A DNA stretch of 29,437 bases from a virus (Duplodnaviria; Caudoviricetes): the IMG/VR virus record IMGVR_UViG_3300017754_000884, positions 1 to 29,437 of that record; one strand, 5' to 3'. Positions 1-9,844 of this stretch are shown here, in pieces. The position numbers and the translations under genes are program-made. Every line of letters begins with the position of its first letter. The first letter of the stretch is position 1. Below the pieces are notes generated by a model, which worked only from the letters and a program-made list of their open reading frames with translations, was not told the origin of the DNA and did no database searches.

Positions 1-52
1 GTGACACGTAGTAAAAGTACAAAGAAGCCTAGCAAGGCAAAAGGAAAGTAAC

Positions 53-433
53 ATGAAGAACTCAACTCTAAGTCGTAAACCCAGTCACAACATGAAACCT
101 GGTTCAGGTGCCTATGGCATCAACCCACGTGCCCGTACCACAAGCCAGTCAGGTGACGGTGCTGACTTTGCGTTTAACGGTCAAATGGGCGATGGTGTCA
201 ACCGTGCCTCCAACCCCTATGCCAAGAACCAACACACAGGACATTCAAATGATGGCCGTCTTGTCAACTACGGTATGGGACCAAGAACAGGCGTTGCCGC
301 AGGCTCTGGTAAAACTAGCCACGTCGTGGCCACAGCAGTAGGCGGCATGATTGATGGTGGTGCAGTATGCAAAAGCCCAGCCAACCCCAACCAGATCAAT
401 GCAGGTCCAGGTCCACGTAAAGGAAATCAATAA
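53..433 (+). CDS. hypothetical protein (126 aa, Gly/Asn/Lys-rich, probably disordered)
   Basis: ORF with AAGGA upstream; stop overlaps next start (TAATG at 431-435); no recognisable domain. Confidence 0.75.
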   Translation: MKNSTLSRKPSHNMKPGSGAYGINPRARTTSQSGDGADFAFNGQMGDGVNRASNPYAKNQHTGHSNDGRLVNYGMGPRTGVAAGSGKTSHVVATAVGGMIDGGAVCKSPANPNQINAGPGPRKGNQ

Positions 434-786
434 TGGCTATCACAGTTATTGGTAACAGCACAGTTTTAACACCAGCAGGTGCGGCAACGGCCAACGTGGG
501 CAACGTGATCACACGTACCAACACATTCCACATTGCCAACCCCAGCACCACAGTGAATGCCTATGTGGGCATATTCCCAACCTATGCAGCAGCCTTGGCC
601 ATGGATCATCCCACCATTGGTGCTGATGGTGGTGGCTTGATCATCACCCCTGGTGAAAGCATGATTGTGTCAGGCAATTTTGGCGCTGGCAGCATTGGTT
701 CAGCCAGTACTGTTTATGTTGCGGCTGTCACAGCCACAGGCACAACCAGTATATTTTTTACACCTGTAGCAGGTGAAGGACAATAA
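433..786 (+). CDS. hypothetical protein, possible small beta-rich virion protein (117 aa)
   Basis: Coupled to upstream gene by TAATG; G/A/T/V-rich and almost uncharged, like the structural proteins downstream; function is inference. Confidence 0.7.
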   Translation: MAITVIGNSTVLTPAGAATANVGNVITRTNTFHIANPSTTVNAYVGIFPTYAAALAMDHPTIGADGGGLIITPGESMIVSGNFGAGSIGSASTVYVAAVTATGTTSIFFTPVAGEGQ

Positions 787-787
787 A

Positions 788-1078
788 ATGAAATATTCAG
801 GTAAAGTATTAATTGACGAACAACCCAATCCTGGTAGCAAAAGCACCAAGAACCAGTATGCTGTGAGCAATGTGAATCAGAAGCAGGGTCCAAGAATGGG
901 CAATGCTTCAGCACATGAAGGCAAGCGTACAGCATTCACAGCGGCCAAAGAAGAACGTGCTCCGTTGGCGGACATGATCACCAAGGCCTATGGTGCTAGA
1001 ACACCTGGGGACAAGGTTGAAAAGAAGTTGGAACCTATCAGTGCCAACACCAAAGCCAAGTTTAAAAGCAAAAAGTAA
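788..1078 (+). CDS. small basic hypothetical protein (96 aa)
   Basis: ATG at 788 follows upstream TAA, with GAAGGA about 7 nt before; Lys-rich C-terminus. Confidence 0.7.
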   Translation: MKYSGKVLIDEQPNPGSKSTKNQYAVSNVNQKQGPRMGNASAHEGKRTAFTAAKEERAPLADMITKAYGARTPGDKVEKKLEPISANTKAKFKSKK

Positions 1079-1092
1079 AACAACAAAAGCAT

Positions 1093-1136
1093 TTCAATCA
1101 AGGTTTTGGGTGTGTCCTTTACACACCCTCATTGAA
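1093..1136. promoter_or_regulatory. intergenic interrupted stem-loop
   Basis: GGGTGTGT (1108-1115) / ACACACCC (1121-1128) perfect 8-bp stem, with outer TTCAAT (1093-1098) / ATTGAA (1131-1136); no U-tract after it. Confidence 0.5.
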
Positions 1137-1156
1137 CTAACTAGAAAGGTACCGCA

Positions 1157-1870
1157 ATGAAAAAACAAACAGCCATCCTGGCCCCCTCCACACAAGACTC
1201 AGGCATTGATCTAGGCTTTGACCTAGAAGGCCTCATGAGTGACTTTCCCACAGCAGGTGAACTGCAAAAGTTTGTGTTTGACCAAACAGGTGTCACACTG
1301 AACCTAAAAGGTCGCAGCAACAAAGTAAAATATCAAATTGCCTTAGACGTGCTAAATGGACATGCACCTCCCCCAGAAGTCTTGGGTGGTGAAAATCCCT
1401 ACATTGACAAGAACGACATTGTGCCAGAAGAGCCAATGAAATCTGTGCCGCCACAGCCAGCAGAAATATTTGGACATGTGCCTGTGACTCAGTTTCAGTG
1501 CGACACATTTCCACACCCAGACTCACAGTGGCAAAGCATGGGACAAAAATGCTCTGTGATATTTCGCAAGTACATTGACAACACCATTACCTATGAAATC
1601 ATTGGGCCCATTGCTCAACGTGCTGTGGGCAATCGTGTCAACAAGTATGGTCAGCAAGTGCCAGAAAAATTGGTCTGGGTTGATCCGCGTACAGGCGAAC
1701 AGATCATACGCTACAGCAACGGCATGATCACACCCATTGGCACAAGGTTGAAAAACTTCATGAGCAAAATGAAAATTGGCAACAAGACACAATGGGACAC
1801 TTGGATTGACCGTGAGTTTGTGATTGGTGGCAACGCCAGTGCTGCTCTTGACAATCCTTGGAACATGTAA
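1157..1870 (+). CDS. hypothetical protein (237 aa)
   Basis: Long ORF, GAAAGG upstream, coupled to next gene (TAATG); no domain recognised. Confidence 0.8.
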   Translation: MKKQTAILAPSTQDSGIDLGFDLEGLMSDFPTAGELQKFVFDQTGVTLNLKGRSNKVKYQIALDVLNGHAPPPEVLGGENPYIDKNDIVPEEPMKSVPPQPAEIFGHVPVTQFQCDTFPHPDSQWQSMGQKCSVIFRKYIDNTITYEIIGPIAQRAVGNRVNKYGQQVPEKLVWVDPRTGEQIIRYSNGMITPIGTRLKNFMSKMKIGNKTQWDTWIDREFVIGGNASAALDNPWNM

Positions 1871-2154
1871 TGCATCGTCAGGACCTGGCCAGCCAGCAGG
1901 TGGCTGATGTCAAGATCTTACAAAAGGTAAACGCTCACCACCGTGATGCGTTTGCTGTCAAATATCCTGGACAAGTAGAGCATTGTCTGCGTCTGGTTAT
2001 GGAACGACTACAAACAGGCTTGGACAAACGCGATGGCGTTGACATTGCCAATCCAGACACCTGGCGTCTAAGCACACAAGAGTTGTCAGACTTGGTCCAG
2101 TGTGCTTTTCACCTAGACTTGATCCGCAAAGGATTTGCAGGAGATCCAGAATGA
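1870..2154 (+). CDS. small helical hypothetical protein (94 aa), candidate terminase small subunit
   Basis: ATG at 1870 overlaps upstream TAA; two genes upstream of terL; TerS call is positional only. Confidence 0.55.
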   Translation: MHRQDLASQQVADVKILQKVNAHHRDAFAVKYPGQVEHCLRLVMERLQTGLDKRDGVDIANPDTWRLSTQELSDLVQCAFHLDLIRKGFAGDPE

Positions 2155-2786
2155 GTCACATAGTTGCCAACCTACCCGCTGTAAAATGTTTTGTACGCAA
2201 GGAGTTCTTGTATGATCATGAATCAGGTCACGGTGAACTGGAGCCCTGCTGGTGGATCTCAATAAAGAGTCTTAGAGGTCAAGCATTCCGTATTGAAAGC
2301 TATCTTAATGAATATGGTGCACTCTACGACAAGTTGCCCCTGCATGCCTACTGTTGGAAGCCCATAGAAGGTGAACCCTTGCCCTTGGACTATTTGCAGT
2401 TATGGGACTGCCTCAGCTACGACATTACTGTGATCAAAAAAGCACAACTGCAAAGTATGAAATGTAAATTTAAACTCAAGTCTGGGGCCTGGATGACAGG
2501 CGAATACATGTTCACTGTGGACTCAGCACATCCAGACTTCAACACCCTGGACACAGGCTTTAGCGAAGATGTGGAAGATCACAAAAGTTACAACTTTGTC
2601 AAATGTGACAACGGACAGTTTGCCGCACAGCCCAACAACAGATTACTAATTTTGGAGCCCAGTAGCAATCCCAAAGAATTAAAGCGTCCAGATTTTCGTG
2701 TGGCCACACGTCGTTGGAGTGTGGAAACAGAAGCCAAATGGGCCCTGGGTGATACCAATACTGTCATGTATGAACAGGTGACCTAA
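2151..2786 (+). CDS. conserved phage hypothetical protein (211 aa)
   Basis: ATGA overlap at 2151-2154; motifs VRKEFLYD..GHGE, YGALYDKLP, NGQFAAQPNNR resemble a family I recall from aquatic phages (not verified). Confidence 0.75.
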   Translation: MSHIVANLPAVKCFVRKEFLYDHESGHGELEPCWWISIKSLRGQAFRIESYLNEYGALYDKLPLHAYCWKPIEGEPLPLDYLQLWDCLSYDITVIKKAQLQSMKCKFKLKSGAWMTGEYMFTVDSAHPDFNTLDTGFSEDVEDHKSYNFVKCDNGQFAAQPNNRLLILEPSSNPKELKRPDFRVATRRWSVETEAKWALGDTNTVMYEQVT

Positions 2787-4411
2787 TGTTAGACCCTGGT
2801 GTGCTGATGCGTCATGCCATCCGCTATGTGTGTGATGATCACAAGATTGGTGTTGACGCCATTGATCGTATGCCATCCAATGTTAAAGATCAATTTCAAG
2901 ACCTTGTTATTGCTGTGCGTGATGACATGGAGTACAACCAACTCCGCTATTTTAGACCGTTTGCTCATCAACTCAAATTTTTTGCCACTGGCACAGCAGA
3001 TCGTCGTGGCATCCTGGCTGCCAATCGTATTGGTAAAACAGTCAGCACCTGTTACGAAACAGCATATCATCTAACTGGACAATATCCAGACTGGTGGCCA
3101 GGCAAACGCTTTGACAAACCCATCACTGCCATGGTAGCAGGTGAGGGCTGGAGTCAGGTAGCACTTGTGTTACAAAATGAATTGTTGGGAACCAATGATG
3201 TCAAAATTAAAGATGCCATTGGCACTGGTGCTATTCCCCGTGATTGTATTGTCACTGAAACAATGCGTAGCGATGGAGCCAATTGTATTGGAGTTGAAAT
3301 ACGTCATGTGACAGGTAGCAAAAGTTATCTGTTGTTTGCCAACTACACACAGGAAACTCGTCAGATGCAGGGTTTCAAATTGAACCTGGCTGTGTTTGAT
3401 GAACAACCACCAGATGATTTCTTCAGTGAAATTGTCACACGTACAGCAACCACACAAGGACAAGTGTTGTGCTCATTTACTCCACTCAAAGGTCTTAACG
3501 GCCTGGTCAGCAAGTTCTGGAATCATGAAGAAGGCTATGACCATATTCGTGTGAGTTGGGATGACGTGCCAGAATATGATCCTTGGGGCGAACCATTCCT
3601 ATTACGAGAAACGAGACTACAACTTGAACGCGACTATCTACCTCACGAGCGTGATGCTCGCCGCAACGGTGTTCCTGTTATGGGTAAAGGTGCAGTATTC
3701 CAAATCCGTAATTGGCCCACCTATAAGACTGGGCAGTATGATTTCCGTAATGGCATTGGTATACACCGTATCATTGCTTTGGATCTGGGTCTAATCAATG
3801 ACAAGACAGTATTGAGTCTCATGTATTATAACCCCACAGAACAAGAGGCTTGGTTAGACAAACAGATCGTGGTCAAAGGCACAGAAGAAGCCAATCCCAT
3901 GAACTACATCAATCATTTGATGAGACCAGAAGTGTTTGGCACTCCTATTGTGTTGCCACCAGACGCAGGCACAGTGGGTCGCTATACCATGAACAGCCAA
4001 AGCATACGCCAACTGTTTGAACAGTATGAACTAAATGTGTATCCAGAACCCATACACAATCCGCCTGATGATCAAGGTCGTGTGACCAATCACAAGGCCT
4101 ATGGTATCAACATGATGCGACAAATGATGGAACTGAGTACCTTGCACATCAATGAAAATTGTGTGGAGTTCTTGCGTGAATGTCAAAACTACTATGTGGA
4201 CGTCAAAGGTCGTTTCAGCGATCCAGACGACTGCATAGACTCTGCACGTTATGCCTTGTTGGGTTGTCTAAATGGCTGGGCAGAAGAGTGGGATGGACGT
4301 AGTCCCAGTGAACGTTTCCGTGCAGCCGCACACAACATGCGTGTGAACAAGGTCATGCGTGACCAAACTGACTTGCCTGTTTGGAAGCGACCCATAAGCC
4401 TTAAAGATTAG
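2786..4411 (+). CDS. terL: terminase large subunit
   Basis: Q-motif (PFAHQLKF), Walker A AANRIGKT, Walker B LAVFDE, coupling motif SFTP, RNase H-like IALDLG and C-terminal DDCIDSARYA. Confidence 0.96.
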   Translation: MLDPGVLMRHAIRYVCDDHKIGVDAIDRMPSNVKDQFQDLVIAVRDDMEYNQLRYFRPFAHQLKFFATGTADRRGILAANRIGKTVSTCYETAYHLTGQYPDWWPGKRFDKPITAMVAGEGWSQVALVLQNELLGTNDVKIKDAIGTGAIPRDCIVTETMRSDGANCIGVEIRHVTGSKSYLLFANYTQETRQMQGFKLNLAVFDEQPPDDFFSEIVTRTATTQGQVLCSFTPLKGLNGLVSKFWNHEEGYDHIRVSWDDVPEYDPWGEPFLLRETRLQLERDYLPHERDARRNGVPVMGKGAVFQIRNWPTYKTGQYDFRNGIGIHRIIALDLGLINDKTVLSLMYYNPTEQEAWLDKQIVVKGTEEANPMNYINHLMRPEVFGTPIVLPPDAGTVGRYTMNSQSIRQLFEQYELNVYPEPIHNPPDDQGRVTNHKAYGINMMRQMMELSTLHINENCVEFLRECQNYYVDVKGRFSDPDDCIDSARYALLGCLNGWAEEWDGRSPSERFRAAAHNMRVNKVMRDQTDLPVWKRPISLKD

Positions 4412-4422
4412 TGCCATAAATA
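4412..4422 (+). promoter_or_regulatory. putative late promoter TGCCATAAATA
   Basis: Same 11-mer at 6752-6762 and GCCATAAATA at 9832-9841; 25 nt upstream of portal ATG. Confidence 0.7.
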
Positions 4423-4447
4423 ATAAAATAAACAAAGGTATTCTATA

Positions 4448-6751
4448 ATGTTGGATCTTAAAAACGTAGTAGTCAGTAATCTAAACACAAACTCTGCACC
4501 GTTGGCTCGTTTTGTAAAGATGAAAAGCCTGCTTGATACCAAATGTGCCGCAAACCTACGTTTGTTGGCCACAAAAAACAATATCAACAGAACCAGTGAT
4601 TATCAGTACTTGACCATTCCTATCAGTCAGAGTACAGACGCTGTGAATGGCCTGGATTACATACATCCTGTGGTCAAACCCATGGTTGATTATGCCACAG
4701 CAGTGATATCAAAAGGTCTAGCACAGAATGGTGAGATCAACTTTGAGTTTGTGCCTGACAACGAAGCAGATGATGCCGCAGCACGTCAGGCCACCAACAT
4801 GGTTCACAAGTTGTTGAACCAAAACAACAATCCACATTTTATTTTACAGCATTGGATCATGGATGCCTGCCTGCACAAGAATGGTGAAATGCTGATTGCT
4901 CCCATGCGTGAGCAAATAGTACGCTATGTCAACACCACAGGCACAGCAGATCAACTGTTGGCCTTTGAACAACAGGCCGCAGATGCTGGACTCACTGCCT
5001 TGCGTACCAAACGTCGCAAGAAATCAGTGAACCTAGAAGCGGTTGTGGCAGAAACCAAACAATTTATGGCTGAGGCTGATGCAGCCACGGCTGAACAAAT
5101 GATTCAAGGACGTATTGCTCGCAGTCGTGCCATTGCAGGCGGTGACGATTTCCAAAACCCTGTTGAAGATTTTTCAGAAGATAACAATATACAATTACAA
5201 GAAGGCGAAGATGCCCTAGACGATGCTATTACTCGCAACACCATATATGATGCAGAGTACAAATTGACAGGATACACAATCAATGTCAAATTCCGTCCAA
5301 TCGCACAACACTTCTGGATGTGTGACCCAACAGTTATTAACATACAAGAACAACCATTCTGCGGCTTTTACAAACCAATGAGCATTCAGGAAGCAACTGA
5401 GTTGTATCCTGATATTGACCTAGAGGAATTTAAGATATATGCTGAGTACAGTAACGTTGGTGCTTATCAAGCTGGTAGTCTGCTTAATAATCTTGCAATT
5501 CACGCTCGTGATAGCGTTCCTATCAATGGATTACCTGCTCAAGGCTATGCAGCCCAAGAGCCAGAAGCCAGGCAAGTTACTGTCCTAACAGTTTGGAACC
5601 GTTATGACATTGATGGTGATGGTGAATTAGAACTGGTTGAGTTGATCTATTCAGGACAGTATGTTATCAGTGCCAGAGAAGTAGAATTTATTCCAGTGGC
5701 CAACATGTGTCCCAAGCCTTTGGCACAAAACTTTTACGGTATGAGTATTGCTGAATCAGTAACACCCATGCAAGAGTACATGACTTCAGGTTATCGTGCA
5801 GAATTAATGATGGGCTTGTTGCAAAGCACTCCGCGTCTGGGTGTAAAACCAGATCGTGTGGATTTTGAAATGATTCAAGACGGTGAGGCTGCTATCTTTA
5901 TTCTAGATAGTAAGTTTGATCCTGCCAGAGATATCTATCCAATGCCTATACCACAGGGCAATCCAACATTTATGGACAACACACTAAGTCGCATGGCACA
6001 AGACAGCATGGCCATGATTGGTATGACAACTCCACAAGACATGTTTACACCAGAAGTCATGAGTCCAGGCAATTCAGGAGCAAAACTACAGTTGGCCATG
6101 AGCCCCAATCAACTTATTCAAGACAACACAGTAAAGAACTGTGCTGAAGGCCTCAAAGATGCCATTTGGTTGGTATGGCGTACATTGATTGCACACGCAG
6201 ATGATTATGGTGTGCGTAAATTGGCACAAGAATTCAATCCAGAAAACAAACCCGTATTTTTAGATGCAGAAAACTTTGACAACATGGAGTTCAACGATCG
6301 TCACACAGTCACTATTGATTTGGCCTTGGGCATGCGTAGTGAAGAAAACAGCCTACAACGCTTGCAAGTTATCAAACAAGCACAACAAGGTCTAAATCAA
6401 GAAGTAGCACAGGCTATTCAAATGGGAATGACCAGTCCAGAATTGTTTAAGAAAATGCGTAAGCCATTTGAAGACATGTTGTACGTGTTGGGCGTAAAAG
6501 ATTGCAATGCTTATCTATTGACCATAGAAGAAGTCACACAAATGGCTCAAGACGCAGCACAAAAAGCAGAAGCCGCACAAAAAGCCGCTATGGAAAATCC
6601 AAATCCAGATGACAAGAAGAAATTAGCTGGTGCACAATTGGATACTGTACGTGCTCAAGAGATTCTTGCCAACATGGAAGGCAACACAGCAGAGAAACAG
6701 TTGGAAGGTTATGCTTTGTTGGAAAAAGGTAAAGCAAGAGCATACGATTAA
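4448..6751 (+). CDS. portal protein (P22-like, 767 aa)
   Basis: Directly after terL; size; DDAAARQAT, DACLHKNG and YDIDGDGELE segments typical of P22-like portals; Gln/Ala helical C-terminal barrel region. Confidence 0.88.
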   Translation: MLDLKNVVVSNLNTNSAPLARFVKMKSLLDTKCAANLRLLATKNNINRTSDYQYLTIPISQSTDAVNGLDYIHPVVKPMVDYATAVISKGLAQNGEINFEFVPDNEADDAAARQATNMVHKLLNQNNNPHFILQHWIMDACLHKNGEMLIAPMREQIVRYVNTTGTADQLLAFEQQAADAGLTALRTKRRKKSVNLEAVVAETKQFMAEADAATAEQMIQGRIARSRAIAGGDDFQNPVEDFSEDNNIQLQEGEDALDDAITRNTIYDAEYKLTGYTINVKFRPIAQHFWMCDPTVINIQEQPFCGFYKPMSIQEATELYPDIDLEEFKIYAEYSNVGAYQAGSLLNNLAIHARDSVPINGLPAQGYAAQEPEARQVTVLTVWNRYDIDGDGELELVELIYSGQYVISAREVEFIPVANMCPKPLAQNFYGMSIAESVTPMQEYMTSGYRAELMMGLLQSTPRLGVKPDRVDFEMIQDGEAAIFILDSKFDPARDIYPMPIPQGNPTFMDNTLSRMAQDSMAMIGMTTPQDMFTPEVMSPGNSGAKLQLAMSPNQLIQDNTVKNCAEGLKDAIWLVWRTLIAHADDYGVRKLAQEFNPENKPVFLDAENFDNMEFNDRHTVTIDLALGMRSEENSLQRLQVIKQAQQGLNQEVAQAIQMGMTSPELFKKMRKPFEDMLYVLGVKDCNAYLLTIEEVTQMAQDAAQKAEAAQKAAMENPNPDDKKKLAGAQLDTVRAQEILANMEGNTAEKQLEGYALLEKGKARAYD

Positions 6752-6765
6752 TGCCATAAATAGAT
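6752..6765 (+). promoter_or_regulatory. putative late promoter TGCCATAAATAGAT
   Basis: 13-nt identity with 9832-9844; TAAATA ends 23 nt before ATG 6786. Confidence 0.7.
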
Positions 6766-6785
6766 TTACTTGAATAGGAACTGAA

Positions 6786-7145
6786 ATGATCAACAATGAA
6801 ACGGTAGAAGCGTTTAACAATCGCTTGACTGCGGATCTTAACAACATTAAAAAAATGACTCCAGCACAACTGGATCGTGTTAAGGACCTGGGCAGTCAAG
6901 CAGAAAATTTATTAAAGAACAAAGATTTTGCATATTTTGTTCATCAGTTCAAATTTGAACGTGTAGATGTGCTTGCTGAAATAGGTGGGCACACAGAAAC
7001 AGATAACAGTCAGCGAGTTGCTATTAGCAACCAACTTGCTGGCGTAGATGAGTTCGTAAAGACGCTCAAAAGAGCAGTCTATTTTAAGAACCGCGTGGTA
7101 AGTCAACAAACAGGCTCACAGGCCCCTGAAGACCCCACAGCGTAA
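6786..7145 (+). CDS. small helical protein between portal and scaffold (119 aa)
   Basis: TAGGA RBS; AENLLKNKDF helix; usual small-gene slot after the portal. Confidence 0.8.
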   Translation: MINNETVEAFNNRLTADLNNIKKMTPAQLDRVKDLGSQAENLLKNKDFAYFVHQFKFERVDVLAEIGGHTETDNSQRVAISNQLAGVDEFVKTLKRAVYFKNRVVSQQTGSQAPEDPTA

Positions 7146-7161
7146 TTAAATAGGAGTATCA

Positions 7162-8349
7162 ATGGATACATTAGTACAAGACACACCTAATCTCCAACCA
7201 GAGACGGTCCCTGTCAAAGAAGCCAGTATTGGCTTGGATCAAATAGCACAGAAAATGGCCGCAATGCGTAACCAGACTCCTGCTACCAACCAACCTGGGA
7301 CAGGTGTTTCTGGTGAGGCAAAAACAGAAACCCCTGTGGCACCAAAAGGTGTTGAAGTCATTGATGATGACAGCAATATCAATTTAGTAGAGCCAGAAGT
7401 TGCAGAACTGGAAACTGAATATAGTGATGAAGCAAGTGATGAAGTGGAAGCCCAGGAACAACCTGTAAGCCAAACTGATTCGTCTGAAGCAGAAGTTATT
7501 GATTTCTTGGAGTTCGCAGAGAACAATCCCAACGCTAAATTTAAATTTATGCGTAACGGCAAAGAAATTGAAATAGATGCCAAGAAGGCTGCCGCTATCC
7601 TAGGTCAAGGAGCCGCAATTAGCGAAGAAGCAAGACAACTCAAAGTCCAAAAAGCAGAGTTTGATGAATATTTGTCAAACAAGAAAGCAGAAACAGATGG
7701 ATTGATGTTGGCAATGGAATTTACAGTAAGACCGCAGTTGCAAAAGGCTTACGATGAAGTTATTAAGGTACAACAGTACCAGAATGTGTTTAGACAGCAG
7801 TTGGCTCAGACTCAAGATCCTGTACAACAGGCTCAGATTCAAGCCAGTATGCAACAAAATGATCAGTACCTACAACAAATTGGAGGCACTATCAATCGTC
7901 TAAAGCCAAATCTGGAACAGTTTTATCAACTTCGTAGTAATCAGGTTCGCGAGATTCTTGAAACCAATCGCAAAGCATTCCAAGATAAGGAATTGCGTAA
8001 TAGTGCGATATATGAAGAAGTTCGTGACAAGATAGGCAAGGGTTGGACCGCCGCCAATAACCAATTGGTTCCTGGCGTGAATAACATAGACCTAGTAACA
8101 AGTGATGAGCACATCTTGTCCTTGATACGTGATGGTTTAAAATATCGCGACAGACCCAAAGCCAAGAGTGCTGGTAACAGCATAGCCGCAATGACAACTC
8201 GTAAAACTGGTAGTTCTATTCCTTCAGGCAAGCATCAGGACGAAGTATCTCGCCTTCGCGAAGAAGCCAAGCGTGGCAATACAAAAGCCGCAGACAATTT
8301 GTTAGTAGCCCAGTTGGCAGCAATTAGGGCGAAAAGAAATAGCAAATAA
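7162..8349 (+). CDS. capsid scaffolding protein
   Basis: AGGAG RBS; acidic disordered N-terminus, KFMRNGKEIEI beta-hairpin, Gln-rich coiled coil, basic C-terminus; directly before the capsid gene. Confidence 0.82.
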   Translation: MDTLVQDTPNLQPETVPVKEASIGLDQIAQKMAAMRNQTPATNQPGTGVSGEAKTETPVAPKGVEVIDDDSNINLVEPEVAELETEYSDEASDEVEAQEQPVSQTDSSEAEVIDFLEFAENNPNAKFKFMRNGKEIEIDAKKAAAILGQGAAISEEARQLKVQKAEFDEYLSNKKAETDGLMLAMEFTVRPQLQKAYDEVIKVQQYQNVFRQQLAQTQDPVQQAQIQASMQQNDQYLQQIGGTINRLKPNLEQFYQLRSNQVREILETNRKAFQDKELRNSAIYEEVRDKIGKGWTAANNQLVPGVNNIDLVTSDEHILSLIRDGLKYRDRPKAKSAGNSIAAMTTRKTGSSIPSGKHQDEVSRLREEAKRGNTKAADNLLVAQLAAIRAKRNSK

Positions 8350-8372
8350 AGCCAAATTAAAGGAGAAATATT

Positions 8373-9773
8373 ATGGCAGCAGCAGGTTATAACTCAACCG
8401 CAGTCATTGGCAATGGTACAACAGGCTATCAAACTGATATCGTTGTTAAAGACTTAGACTTAGATGTATCAAACCGTGTCAAGGATGACACACCCGTACT
8501 CAATATGTGTATGGCTAAAAAGCGTAAAGTTGTTAGTACTTTACCTCTATGGACCAACGACGTTTATCGTTTGCCACAGATCCAGGCTAACCAAGAAGGT
8601 GCCGCAGTTAGTTCCAGTTTAGTTGAGACACAATCTCGTGCTAACTTGGGTAACTACACACAGATCTTCTCAACAGTTGTTGGTGCTACTGGTACCGCTC
8701 GTGCTGTTGAACAATCTGGTGGTGATCCACAAGCCTATCAGGAAGTCAAACAGTTAATTGAATTGATGTTTGACGTTGAAGCACAGATCGTACGTGCTGA
8801 CCAAATTGGTACCAAGTACAGTGGTCAATCAGGTAGTTCTGTTGGTTTCGCTGGTAACGTGATTGGCACAGCAGTAGTCACAGCACAGACCATTACTGGT
8901 AATGCTGGTGTTGCTGGTTCAACATTCACTGCCAACGTAACTGGTGGTCAAGGTGGTAACGTTCAGTATCAAACTTTCAGTTCAGTCAATGCTGTAAGTT
9001 CAACACCTCCTGTGACAGCCGCAAGTGGTTCCACAACCACATACGGTCCACAAACTGGTCGTCGTATGGGTTCATTGAACGCATTCGCTGGTACACACAG
9101 TTTCAACCCAAGTACAGCCACACCTTTCTACACAGTATTCAACAACGAAAGCAGCGATGCTATCACTGTTGGTACAGCCAACTTGTTGGTTATTGGTGGA
9201 CAAGGTACAGCCGCTACCAACACTGGTGAATACCTAGGAAGCAGTTACTATTCTTATACTGCTAGTTTGCAACAATTTGCACCTAGCACATACAAGCAAT
9301 TGGTAACCACTGCTGAGCAACGTTTTAATGCGAAGATTCGCACAATCGTTTGCCCAACAAGTCTACGTACACACCTAAGCGATACATTCCCAACTTCACG
9401 TTCTATCAACCGTGTGAACGCTGAGCGTGGTGATACAATCGCTACATACGAAGGCGACTTCAACTACACATACGAAATTTTTGATTCTTGGATCATGGAT
9501 TCTGTTGGTGTAGGCAACAACATTTACTTCTTGAATGAAGAAGTAATACAGTGGGGTAGTTTACGTGACCTAGGTCCTAACAATGAAGTGTTTAGTAATG
9601 CAGATGCATCACTAGATCAGTTCATCATGGAAGGTACTTTGATTGTACGTAATCCTGCTGGTGTTGCAGTATTGCATGACATCGCAGTCAGCGGCTCTGC
9701 TGTTGCTACTGGAGCAATCCGTAGTTCAACATACGTTGGTCGTTTGAATGCATTTGATGGTCAAGCATTCTAA
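8373..9773 (+). CDS. major capsid protein (SU10/DUF5309-like, HK97 fold) with insertions
   Basis: Strong AAGGAG RBS; DTP, EG, LGNYTQIF, GTARAV, AYQ..K..EL..DVE and RRMG motifs; followed by a terminator. Confidence 0.9.
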   Translation: MAAAGYNSTAVIGNGTTGYQTDIVVKDLDLDVSNRVKDDTPVLNMCMAKKRKVVSTLPLWTNDVYRLPQIQANQEGAAVSSSLVETQSRANLGNYTQIFSTVVGATGTARAVEQSGGDPQAYQEVKQLIELMFDVEAQIVRADQIGTKYSGQSGSSVGFAGNVIGTAVVTAQTITGNAGVAGSTFTANVTGGQGGNVQYQTFSSVNAVSSTPPVTAASGSTTTYGPQTGRRMGSLNAFAGTHSFNPSTATPFYTVFNNESSDAITVGTANLLVIGGQGTAATNTGEYLGSSYYSYTASLQQFAPSTYKQLVTTAEQRFNAKIRTIVCPTSLRTHLSDTFPTSRSINRVNAERGDTIATYEGDFNYTYEIFDSWIMDSVGVGNNIYFLNEEVIQWGSLRDLGPNNEVFSNADASLDQFIMEGTLIVRNPAGVAVLHDIAVSGSAVATGAIRSSTYVGRLNAFDGQAF

Positions 9774-9802
9774 TCTAAACTCTGTTTAGTTAGATCATAT
9801 GG

Positions 9803-9830
9803 AAAGCACTCGTAAGAGTGCTTTTCTTTT
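9803..9830 (+). terminator. rho-independent terminator after capsid gene
   Basis: AAAGCACTC-GTAA-GAGTGCTTT stem with GNRA loop, followed by TCTTTT. Confidence 0.88.
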
Positions 9831-9831
9831 G

Positions 9832-9844
9832 GCCATAAATAGAT
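9832..9844 (+). promoter_or_regulatory. putative late promoter GCCATAAATAGAT
   Basis: Immediately after terminator; TAAATA ends 5 nt before ATG 9847. Confidence 0.7.
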
